A DNA stretch of 64,000 bases. Source: Solirubrobacterales bacterium (GTDB taxonomy: Bacteria > Actinomycetota > Thermoleophilia > Solirubrobacterales > 70-9). The position numbers and the translations under genes were made by a program. How positions within the stretch are numbered: position 1 is the first letter of the stretch; the number at the start of each line of letters is the position of its first letter. Positions 45,851 through 53,860 of this stretch are shown here, piece after piece. Location of the stretch: the NCBI GenBank assembly GCA_051954855.1, contig JBQCHH010000008.1, positions 18,978 to 82,977 on the forward strand, in the 5' to 3' direction. The notes beneath the pieces were generated by a model. It saw only the letters and a list, made by a program, of their open reading frames with translations, did no database searches and had not been told where the DNA came from.

Positions 45851-46459
45851 ATGAATTGCCTGAAGATTCTCGGGCTCGCAGCGATCGTGGCTGCGGCCCT
45901 AACGGCGCTCGCCGGAGCTGGAACTGCCGGAGCGACCGTGTTCTGCCCCACTACATCGACACCGTGCCAGTCGAAGCCGTACGAAGTGGGGACGGCAGTC
46001 GACGCAAACCTGAGTAACAAAGCAATAATTGAGAATATCTTAGGTGAAGCGTTGGTCCAGTGTACGGAAGGGACACTGAAGGGCAAACTCGCCCACGAAG
46101 GCTCCGGAACCGAAACAGTTCTCGGGACCGTCGAAAGCCTCACGTGGGGTAAATGCAACGCTGCGATTGCCACGGTGGCCGAAGGGTTCTATGAAGTTCA
46201 TAGCATCGTCAATACCGACAACGGCACAGTGACAGGCGGAAATACCGAAGTGACATTCGATATCCTCACGAACATCAGCTGCACCTATAGCGTCGAGAGA
46301 GAAGACCTCGGTACGCTCAAAGGCGGGGCCCCGGCAACCCTTGACATTAACGCAGATCTCACCAAGACGGGAGGCGGCAACCTGTGTCCCGGATTCGTGT
46401 TTTGGACAGCTGAATACAAATTCGCAGAACCACTTCCACTCTACGTCGAGTCTAAATAG
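45851..46459 (+). CDS. Small secreted Cys-rich protein, unknown family (copy B), in a low-GC islet
   Basis: Signal peptide MNCLKILGLAAIVAAALTALAGAGTAGA and six mature Cys. Aligns with copy A at ATV(L/F)C, CTEG, ETV.G, EVH, NGT.TG, (T/S)CTY, DLGTL..G..ATLD(V/I)N, LCP, PLPL(F/Y)V. Confidence 0.7.
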   Translation: MNCLKILGLAAIVAAALTALAGAGTAGATVFCPTTSTPCQSKPYEVGTAVDANLSNKAIIENILGEALVQCTEGTLKGKLAHEGSGTETVLGTVESLTWGKCNAAIATVAEGFYEVHSIVNTDNGTVTGGNTEVTFDILTNISCTYSVEREDLGTLKGGAPATLDINADLTKTGGGNLCPGFVFWTAEYKFAEPLPLYVESK

Positions 46460-46474
46460 ATAACTGACACCGGT

Positions 46475-46503
46475 ATTGCGGCCACTCGGCGGGTGGCCGC
46501 AAT
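46475..46503. terminator. Hairpin with an 11-bp perfect stem between convergent genes
   Basis: ATTGCGGCCAC-tcggcgg-GTGGCCGCAAT, followed by TAT on the plus strand. Confidence 0.5.
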
Positions 46504-46505
46504 TA

Positions 46506-47513
46506 TCAAGGGCCGACAACTTGGCGAGGACGTTCAGTGACTCGGCCGATCCGCTGCGCCGCGGGGTAATGGGTGCGGAGCAGCGTCAGCGCCGCGGCTT
46601 CGTCAGCGGCCGGGACGACGACGCAGAAGCCGCAGCCCATGTTGAAGACCTCGCGCATCTCCTCGTCGGAGACTTCGCCGCGCTCTTGGATCAGGTCGAA
46701 GATCGGGGGGATGGGGAGCGGGTCGTCGATCTCGTAGCCGACCTCGGCGGCGAGGCGGAGGAGGTTGCCGGTGCCGCCGGAGGTGATGTGGGCGAGGCCG
46801 CGGACCTCGACCTCGGAGCGCAGCAGCTCGACGATCGGCTTGACGTAGATCTCGGTCGGCTCGAGCAGGACGTCGCCGAGCGGGCGGCCGAGACGGCCTT
46901 CGGGATCGTCGCCGAGGTCGATGCCGGCGAGGGCGGAGCGGGCGAGGGTGTAGCCGTTGGAGTGGATGCCGCTGGAGGGGAGGCCGATGACGACGTCGCC
47001 GGGCTCGACCGTCGAGCCGTCGACGATCGCGTCGAGGGGGACGATCCCGAAGCAGGCGCCGGAGACGTCGACGCCGCGCACCAGCTGCCCGAGCTGGGCG
47101 AGCTCGCCGCCGGGGATCTCGATCCCGGCCAGTTCCGCCCCCCGCGCCAGGCCAATGCCGATTTCCTCGCAGACCGTCGGGTCGGCCTTCTCGATCGCGA
47201 TGTAGTCGAGCATCGCCAGCGGCTCGGCGCCGACGCAGATCACGTCGTTGACGTTCATCGCCACGCAGTCGATTCCGACCGTGTCGTAGCGGCCGAGCTC
47301 CTCGGCGACCACCAGCTTGGTCCCGACGCCATCGGTCGAGAGCGCGATCCCGGTCCGCTCGTCGATCTTGATCACGCTCGCATAGTGCCCTGGCAGCGGC
47401 ACCTGATCCGAGGGGCGCCCAAGCTTGATCGCGCCGAGGGCACGCACCAGCCCGGCCACGGCCGCATCGGCCGCTCCCTGGTCGACCCCGGCTTTCGCGT
47501 AGGCGTCGGTCAC
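46506..47513 (-). CDS. purM: Phosphoribosylformylglycinamidine cyclo-ligase (AIR synthetase)
   Basis: YAKAGVD, STDGVGTKL, TVGIDCVAMNVNDVICVGAEPLAMLDY, SSGIHSNGYTLAR, PTEIYVKP, HITSGG, FNMGCGF. Collinear with E. coli PurM as I recall it. Confidence 0.8.
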   Translation of the reverse strand: MTDAYAKAGVDQGAADAAVAGLVRALGAIKLGRPSDQVPLPGHYASVIKIDERTGIALSTDGVGTKLVVAEELGRYDTVGIDCVAMNVNDVICVGAEPLAMLDYIAIEKADPTVCEEIGIGLARGAELAGIEIPGGELAQLGQLVRGVDVSGACFGIVPLDAIVDGSTVEPGDVVIGLPSSGIHSNGYTLARSALAGIDLGDDPEGRLGRPLGDVLLEPTEIYVKPIVELLRSEVEVRGLAHITSGGTGNLLRLAAEVGYEIDDPLPIPPIFDLIQERGEVSDEEMREVFNMGCGFCVVVPAADEAAALTLLRTHYPAAQRIGRVTERPRQVVGP

Positions 47514-48313
47514 TTGCGCCCTAGCTTTGCAAGAACCACGGCCGCCAGGCCGATCCGGTAGGCGGCGTAGGGCCAGAGCGCACGGTCGCGCTCGACCAGT
47601 TGGATCAGGCGCTGGCTCGCGAGGGTCGAGGCGAAGGAGGCGGCGACGCCGACGGCGAGGGCGCGGCGCAGCTCGGGGGTGGTGCCGCGGCGGGCGAGGC
47701 GGGCGCCCTTGAGGCCGGTGGCGCCGACGATGATCGGCAGCGCGATCGTGCGCGAGAGCAGGTTTGCCTGGTCACGCGAGAAACGGCGCCAGCGGGCGGC
47801 CGCCAGGGTGACGCCGTTGCGGGAGACGCCCGGCGCCAGCGCCGCCGCCTGGGCGATTCCCAGCGCCAGCCCGTCCATCGGCGTCGCGTCGCCGCGCCCG
47901 CGCCGTTGCGGCCGCCGGTCGGCGACGAGCATCGCCGCCGCCCCGGCCAGCAGCCCGTAGGCGGTCGCCCGCGGCCCGCCCAGCCGCCGCTCGATCGGTC
48001 GCTCCAGGGTGTAGCCGACCACCGCCGCCGGCAGGAAGGAGAGCCCCAGCAGCAGCGCCCGCCGCCCGTCGAACTGGCGCAGCTCTTCGGCGATCACCCG
48101 CCGCTGGCCGATCAGCAGCGCCGCCGCGGCGCCGGTGTGCAGCGCCACCTCGAAGCTCTTGCGCAGCTCCGGGTCGACCTCCTCCCAGTCCCATCCCGCC
48201 AGCCAGGGGACGAGGACGATGTGGGCCGAGCTGGAGACCGGGAGCAGCTCCGCCGGGCCCTGCACCAGCCCCAGCGCGACGGCGCGATGGGCGGGAATCC
48301 CCCCCGCGCTCAA
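47510..48313 (-). CDS. uppP: Undecaprenyl-diphosphate phosphatase (BacA/UppP)
   Basis: LGLVQGPAELLPVSSSAHIVL, FEVALHTGAAAA, GIAQAAALAPGVSRNGVTL. TTG start (complement of 48311-48313) overlaps the dedA TGA. The N-terminal part of the 323-aa ORF overlaps dedA and was rejected. Confidence 0.85.
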   Translation of the reverse strand: MSAGGIPAHRAVALGLVQGPAELLPVSSSAHIVLVPWLAGWDWEEVDPELRKSFEVALHTGAAAALLIGQRRVIAEELRQFDGRRALLLGLSFLPAAVVGYTLERPIERRLGGPRATAYGLLAGAAAMLVADRRPQRRGRGDATPMDGLALGIAQAAALAPGVSRNGVTLAAARWRRFSRDQANLLSRTIALPIIVGATGLKGARLARRGTTPELRRALAVGVAASFASTLASQRLIQLVERDRALWPYAAYRIGLAAVVLAKLGRK

Positions 48314-49008
48314 ACCTCGCTCGTGTTGGCCGGCTGCGGCGCGGGCCGCTCGTCCTCGCGCCCGCTCTCGTCGCCACCGCCGGACCCACCGCCGCGCCAG
48401 CGCTGGACGACCCAGTAGATCGCCAGGCCGACGATCGCGGCGACGACCAGGTAGTCGAGGATCTGCAGGTGGTGGCGCCACTTTTCCCAGTTGCTGCCGA
48501 CCGCCTGCCCGATCAGCGCGAAGACCAGCACCCAGGGCAGCGAGCCGAGCGCGGTCAGCCAGGTGAAGCGCCAGAACGGCATCTCCGCGACGCCCGCCGG
48601 CAGCGAGATGAAGGCCCGCACCAGCGGCAGCAGACGGGCGAAGAAGACGGTCGCATCGCCGTGGCGTTTGAACCAGTTGTCGACCCAGGCGAGCCGGCTG
48701 GGGCTGAGGTGGATCAGCCGGTTCTTCTCCAGCAGGTCGATCCGCCCGTAGTAGCCGATCGCGTAGGTCAGCCAGGACCCCACCATGTTCCCGGCCAGCC
48801 CCGCCAGGGTAACTCCGAGCAGGGTCTGGTCATGGTTGGAGACGCTGAAGCCGGCAAACAGCATCACCGCCTCGCTGGGGATCGGGATGCAGGCGCTGCC
48901 GGCGGCCATCAGCAGGAAGATGCCGGCCAGGCCGGCTTCTTCGATCACGTTGACGCAGAAGTTGACGACCGGGCCCGTCAGGTCCGCGTAGAGGAATGGA
49001 TGCAGCAT
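48310..49008 (-). CDS. dedA: DedA family membrane protein
   Basis: GIFLLMAAGSACIPIPSEAVMLFAG, GNMVGSWLTYAIGYYGR, FFARLLPLVRAFISLPAG. Confidence 0.85.
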   Translation of the reverse strand: MLHPFLYADLTGPVVNFCVNVIEEAGLAGIFLLMAAGSACIPIPSEAVMLFAGFSVSNHDQTLLGVTLAGLAGNMVGSWLTYAIGYYGRIDLLEKNRLIHLSPSRLAWVDNWFKRHGDATVFFARLLPLVRAFISLPAGVAEMPFWRFTWLTALGSLPWVLVFALIGQAVGSNWEKWRHHLQILDYLVVAAIVGLAIYWVVQRWRGGGSGGGDESGREDERPAPQPANTSEV

Positions 49009-49057
49009 CAGGAGAGCACGTGATCCTAGAGCACACAGCCCGTAGACTGGCGGCTAG

Positions 49058-50947
49058 ATGCGCCGGTTGAACCACCCCGTCTACCGCAACCGGGTTCTGC
49101 AGATCGCGGCGGACGCCGTGCTCGTCGCGCTGGCCTACTTCCTCGCCTTCCAGCTGCGCTTCCTCGACCAGGCGCACGGCTGGCCGCACCGCTACGAAGT
49201 GCTCTTCGCCCAGTCGGTCGGCTTCGTCGTCGCCGGCAAGCTCGTCGTCTTCGCCGGCTTTGGCCTCTACCAGAAGTGGTGGCGCTACATCACCGGCCGC
49301 GACTTCCTGCTGATCCTCCGCGCCGTCGCCGTCGCCAGCGCCCTGCTGGTGATCGTCTTCGCCGTCGCCAAGCCGTTCCCGCACACGCTGCCGCGCTCGG
49401 TCGAGGTCACCGACTTCGTCCTCACCCTGATCCTGATCGCCGGCGCCCGCCTCGGCGTGCGGCTGATCATCGAGCGCCCGACCCGCGGCTCGCGCCTGCT
49501 CAAGCACCAGGTGCTGGTGGTCGGCGCCGGCTCCGGCGGCCAGATGGTCGTTCGCGAGCTGCAGCTCAACCCCAACCTCGGCGCCACCGCGATCGGCTTC
49601 CTCGACGACGACCCGCGCAAGCGCGGGATGCGGATGCTGGGGCTGAAGGTGCTCGGCTCGACCAAGCAGATCGAGAAGATCCTCGACGAGACCGAGCCCG
49701 ACGAAGTCGTGATCGCGATCCCCTCGGCGCCGGGCACCCTGCGCGGCCGCATCGTCGCCGCCTGCCGCGAGCGCGAAATCCGCGTCCGCACCCTGCCGAC
49801 CGTCTTCGAGCTGCTGCGCGGCGGCGTCCAGCTCAACAAACAGCTGCGCGAGGTCCAGGTCGAGGACGTGCTCGGCCGCGATCCGATCGTGGTCGAGCTC
49901 GATCGCGTCGGCGCCTACCTGCGCGACCGCATCGTCCTCGTCACCGGCGCCGGCGGCTCGATCGGCTCCGAGCTCTGCCGCCAGATCGCCCGCGTCGGCC
50001 CGCGCCTGCTGGTGATGCTCGACCACGCCGAGGACAACCTCTTCCAGATCGACCGCGAGATGGTCGAGGAGCGCCACTTCGCCAGCTGCGAGGGGGTGCT
50101 GGCCGACTGCAAGGAGCCGCACCGGATGCTGGAGGTGATGCAGCGCTTCAAGCCCGACGTCGTCTTCCACGCCGCTGCCTACAAGCACGTGCCGCTGATG
50201 GAGGCCAACCCGCTCGAGGCGGTCCGCAACAACGCGATCGCCACCCGCGTCACCGCCGAGACCGCCGCCGCCTCCAAAGTCGAGCGCTTCGTCCTCATCT
50301 CCACCGACAAGGCGGTCAACCCGCAGACGGTGATGGGCGCCTCGAAGGCGATGGCCGAGTGGATCGTCGAGGCGGCCGGGCACAAGTACCCGGAGACGCG
50401 CTTCGCCTCGGTCCGCTTCGGCAACGTGCTCGCCAGCTCCGGCAGCGTGGTGCCGATCTTCCGCAGCCAGATCGAGCGCGGCGGCCCGGTCACCGTCACC
50501 CATCCGGAGATGACCCGCTACTTCATGACGATCCCGGAGGCGGTGCAGCTCGTGATCCGCGCCGGCGACCTAGGCGCCGGCAAAGGCGACGTCTTCGTCC
50601 TCGACATGGGCGAGCCGGTGAAGATCGTCGACCTTGCCCACAACATGATCCGGCTGGCGGGCTACGAGCCGGAGCGGGACATCGCCGTCGAGTTCACCCA
50701 GCCGCGGCCGGGGGAGAAGCTGCACGAGGTGCTGTTCGGCGACATCGAGGAGTGCCGGCCGACGGCGGCGAAGCGGATCAACCGGGCGGTGCGGCAGGTG
50801 CCGCTCGACCAGGAGTGGGTCGAGTCGACCCTGAACGGGCTGGAACACCTGGTTCTGGCCGGGGACGAGGCTAATTTGGCGGAGCGAGTGGTGGAGATGA
50901 TCGCCTCGCCGGGTGGGGACGCTGCGGCGGTCGTCCCCAACGAATAG
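49058..50947 (+). CDS. Membrane-bound NDP-sugar 4,6-dehydratase/epimerase (CapD/PglF/WbpM-like)
   Basis: Four N-terminal TM helices, VLVVGAGSGGQMV, VTGAGGSIGSELCRQI, ISTDKAVNP, MGASK, GPVTVTHPEMTRYFMTI. Confidence 0.85.
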   Translation: MRRLNHPVYRNRVLQIAADAVLVALAYFLAFQLRFLDQAHGWPHRYEVLFAQSVGFVVAGKLVVFAGFGLYQKWWRYITGRDFLLILRAVAVASALLVIVFAVAKPFPHTLPRSVEVTDFVLTLILIAGARLGVRLIIERPTRGSRLLKHQVLVVGAGSGGQMVVRELQLNPNLGATAIGFLDDDPRKRGMRMLGLKVLGSTKQIEKILDETEPDEVVIAIPSAPGTLRGRIVAACREREIRVRTLPTVFELLRGGVQLNKQLREVQVEDVLGRDPIVVELDRVGAYLRDRIVLVTGAGGSIGSELCRQIARVGPRLLVMLDHAEDNLFQIDREMVEERHFASCEGVLADCKEPHRMLEVMQRFKPDVVFHAAAYKHVPLMEANPLEAVRNNAIATRVTAETAAASKVERFVLISTDKAVNPQTVMGASKAMAEWIVEAAGHKYPETRFASVRFGNVLASSGSVVPIFRSQIERGGPVTVTHPEMTRYFMTIPEAVQLVIRAGDLGAGKGDVFVLDMGEPVKIVDLAHNMIRLAGYEPERDIAVEFTQPRPGEKLHEVLFGDIEECRPTAAKRINRAVRQVPLDQEWVESTLNGLEHLVLAGDEANLAERVVEMIASPGGDAAAVVPNE

Positions 50948-50962
50948 CCTCTCGCAGCCACT

Positions 50963-51730
50963 TTGGTCCATGTGATCGAACAAATCGGCGCCTTCGCCGG
51001 CCTGGCGGCGTTCCTCGGCCTTGCCGTGTTGGCGCTGCTCTCCTTCACCCACGGGCGCGACATCCGCCGCCTGCGCGACTGGGCGGGCTCGGCGCCCGAG
51101 CGCGACGCCGAGCGCAAGGAGCAGACCTCGACGATCGCCGCCCAGCGGGCGGAAGAGCTGCGGGCGCTGGAGGAGACGCGGACGGCCGAACAGCAGGCGG
51201 TCAGCAGTCGCGAGGAGCGCCGGCGGCGGCGCGAGGAAGGCCTGCCCGAACAGACTGTGGGCGAGCGCCTGCGGGGCAGGTTCTCCGGCTTCGGCGAGTG
51301 GGCGGCGCGGCCGAGCTCGCTGGTGGCGCTCTTCGTCGTCGTCCTGGTGATCGTCGGCGGCATCGTCTTCCTGGCGATCGGCGGCTCTGGTGGCGGCAAC
51401 GGGAGCGGCAAGCAGGCGGCGGCGAAGCTGAAGCCGAGCGAAATCAAGGTCACCGTGCTGAACGGGACCGCGGTGCCGGGACTGGCCGCCACCTTCGCCG
51501 ACAAGGTCGAAGGCAAGGGCTTCGAGCGCGGCGCCGTCACCAACAGCAAATCCAGCTTCGCCACCAGCGTCGTCATGTTCAAGCGCGGCCACAAGCCGGA
51601 AGCGCGCATGGTGGCCAAGCGGCTGCAGATCTCGAAGCTGCAATTGATGACCGGGGAAATCGAATCCGTCTCGGCTGGGGCCCCCGTCGCTGTGATCGTC
51701 GGCGAGGACAATGCCGAAGCGGCGGGATAA
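50963..51730 (+). CDS. Membrane protein with LytR_C (cell-envelope-related) C-terminal domain
   Basis: TM helix, a charged linker, a second TM helix, then KVTVLNGTAVPGLAATFADKVEGKGF...VVMFKRGHKPEARMVAKRL. The start could be GTG 50972. Confidence 0.6.
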   Translation: MVHVIEQIGAFAGLAAFLGLAVLALLSFTHGRDIRRLRDWAGSAPERDAERKEQTSTIAAQRAEELRALEETRTAEQQAVSSREERRRRREEGLPEQTVGERLRGRFSGFGEWAARPSSLVALFVVVLVIVGGIVFLAIGGSGGGNGSGKQAAAKLKPSEIKVTVLNGTAVPGLAATFADKVEGKGFERGAVTNSKSSFATSVVMFKRGHKPEARMVAKRLQISKLQLMTGEIESVSAGAPVAVIVGEDNAEAAG

Positions 51731-52256
51731 GGGCAGGGGGCTCCTCTCCCCGCGTCCCGCGCTCGTCTTCGCCCTCCTCGTTCTCGCCACGGTAGCCGCC
51801 TTCGCCTACGCCCAGCGGGTCAAGCGCGACCCGCTCGTGCTCGACCGCGTCACCTTCGTCGGCGCCCCGCACGTGAAGGGGACGAAGCCGGTCCACAGCT
51901 TCACCCCCAACAGCGACTGCCGCTTCGACAAGATCCGGATCCGTTTCCGCACCACCGTCTCGGGCCAGGGCACGGTGCAGGTGGTCAAGCCCGGCGGGCG
52001 CGTCGTCCTCACCCTCGCCCGGAACCAGTTCCTCAAGCGCTACAGCTTTCACACCTACTACTGGGACGGGCATCAGCGCAACGACGGCATCGCACCGCCG
52101 GGCCGCTACAAGCTGCGGGTCAAGTTCGACGGCCGCACCCTGGTGACGGGAGGCGCGATCCGCCTGCACCGCGCGCCGAGGCACGCCAAGTCCCACTGCA
52201 CGACGAAGGCCGGCGCCGGCGGAGTCAGCGCAGGGCCGCAGGGGTCGAAGCCGTGA
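51711..52256 (+). CDS. Membrane-anchored protein with FlgD-Ig-like fold, unknown function
   Basis: TM helix ALVFALLVLATVAAFAY. YYWDGHQRNDGIAPPGRYKLRV resembles FlgD_ig-type domains. 20-nt overlap with the previous gene. Confidence 0.45.
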   Translation: MPKRRDKGRGLLSPRPALVFALLVLATVAAFAYAQRVKRDPLVLDRVTFVGAPHVKGTKPVHSFTPNSDCRFDKIRIRFRTTVSGQGTVQVVKPGGRVVLTLARNQFLKRYSFHTYYWDGHQRNDGIAPPGRYKLRVKFDGRTLVTGGAIRLHRAPRHAKSHCTTKAGAGGVSAGPQGSKP

Positions 52257-53851
52257 GCGGCTTCCTCGCCGGCGCCGGCGTCCTCATCGCCGCCGCGGCC
52301 AGCGCCGCCGCGATCCTGCTGCCACCGGGCCGGCAGCGTTCGGCCGCGATGCTGCTGGCGCTGGCCCTCTTCCCGGTCCTGATCGTCGGCGACCAGTGGC
52401 ACAACCCGCAGATCGTCGACCTGCGCCACCACTCCGCTCGCCTCATCGCCGCGCTTGCGATTGCAGCCATCATTGTCGGTGCCCTTGCCTACGCCTTCCG
52501 CCGTTGGCGGATGCTGCTGCCGCTCGCCGTCATCTTCGCGCTGCCTTTCCGCGTGCCGCTCCACGCGGGGGGCGAATCGGCCAACCTGCTGGTGCCGCTC
52601 TATCTGGTGATCGCCGGAGGCGTAGTCGCCGCCCTGCTGCGAGACTGGGTGGCTCCTCGGGCGGGTGGCGCGGATTTGGGGGACCGCCCCGACAGGGGTG
52701 GTGGCGCCAAATCGGCGACAGGACCCGCCCGCTGGCTACCCCCCGTCCTCGCCGTAGTGGTGGTCCTTTACGCGGTTCAGACGTGGTACTCAGCTGACTT
52801 CTCGAAGGGGCTGCAGAACGTTTGCTTCTTCTTGGTGCCGTTCACGGTGGCGTTCGCGCTGCTTCAAGACGTCAAGTGGGACCGGCGGCTGTTGAAGTGG
52901 GTGCTGATCGTGGTCGGGGTGGAGGCGACTGCCTTCGTGCTGATCGGGAGCGTGGAGTACGTCACGCGTGGCCTCTTCTGGAACAGCCAGATCATCAGGT
53001 CGAATGAATTCCACACCTACTTCCGGGTCAACTCGGTGTTCTGGGACCCGAACATCTACGGGCGCTACCTGGGGCTGGTCACGGTCATCGCTGCCGCAGC
53101 GATGCTGTGGGCGCGAACGCGCAACACGTTCTGGCTCCTCAGCGGCCTGATCCTCGTCCTCTGGCTCGGCCTCGTGCCGACCTTCTCTCAGTCGAGCTTC
53201 CTGGCGTTGCTGGCGGGCCTCGCGATGCTGGCGGCGATTCGCTGGAGCTGGCGATGGACTTTGGGCGTGGTCGTCGTCGGTGCGATCGGAGCGGTCCTCG
53301 TCGTCCTCCTGGTCGGCGGTTCAGGAAGGCTCACCCCCGACCGTCTCAACGTGGACCTCAGCGGCCGCGGCAGCCTCATCTCCGGCGGCGTCGATCTCTT
53401 CGGTGAACGCCCGATCGAGGGCTACGGCTCGGGCTCCTTCCAGGCGGCATACCGCGAACACCGCAAGAACCAGAACACCCCCGTAACGGTCTCCCACACC
53501 GAGCCGGTCACCGTCGCAGCCGAGCAGGGCCTCATCGGCCTGATCGCCTACGCGGCCTTGATCATCGTCGCGCTATGGACTCTCGGATCAGGGCTCTGGG
53601 CCGCTCGGCCGGCGGGTCCTGTCGCCGATTTGGTGCCACCACCCCTATCGGGGCGGTCCCCCAAATCCGCGCCACCCGCCGGACAGGCCGCCAGGGCAGC
53701 AGTCCTAGCGGCCTTTGCCGCGTTGCTTGTGCACACCCTGGCTTACGCCGGGTTCTTTGAGGACCCGATCACCTGGGTCCTCCTAGCTGTCGGGGCGTCT
53801 CTCGCTACTGCAACCCCCTTGGGGGAATCCGCAGTCCGCGAACCCGCGTAG
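52253..53851 (+). CDS. O-antigen ligase / polymerase family (Wzy_C) membrane protein
   Basis: More than 10 TM helices. TFSQSSFLALLAGLAMLA, GYGSGSFQAAY, HTEPVTVAAEQGLIGL. GTGA overlap with the upstream gene. Confidence 0.7.
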   Translation: MSGFLAGAGVLIAAAASAAAILLPPGRQRSAAMLLALALFPVLIVGDQWHNPQIVDLRHHSARLIAALAIAAIIVGALAYAFRRWRMLLPLAVIFALPFRVPLHAGGESANLLVPLYLVIAGGVVAALLRDWVAPRAGGADLGDRPDRGGGAKSATGPARWLPPVLAVVVVLYAVQTWYSADFSKGLQNVCFFLVPFTVAFALLQDVKWDRRLLKWVLIVVGVEATAFVLIGSVEYVTRGLFWNSQIIRSNEFHTYFRVNSVFWDPNIYGRYLGLVTVIAAAAMLWARTRNTFWLLSGLILVLWLGLVPTFSQSSFLALLAGLAMLAAIRWSWRWTLGVVVVGAIGAVLVVLLVGGSGRLTPDRLNVDLSGRGSLISGGVDLFGERPIEGYGSGSFQAAYREHRKNQNTPVTVSHTEPVTVAAEQGLIGLIAYAALIIVALWTLGSGLWAARPAGPVADLVPPPLSGRSPKSAPPAGQAARAAVLAAFAALLVHTLAYAGFFEDPITWVLLAVGASLATATPLGESAVREPA

Positions 53852-53860
53852 GGTCATCTC

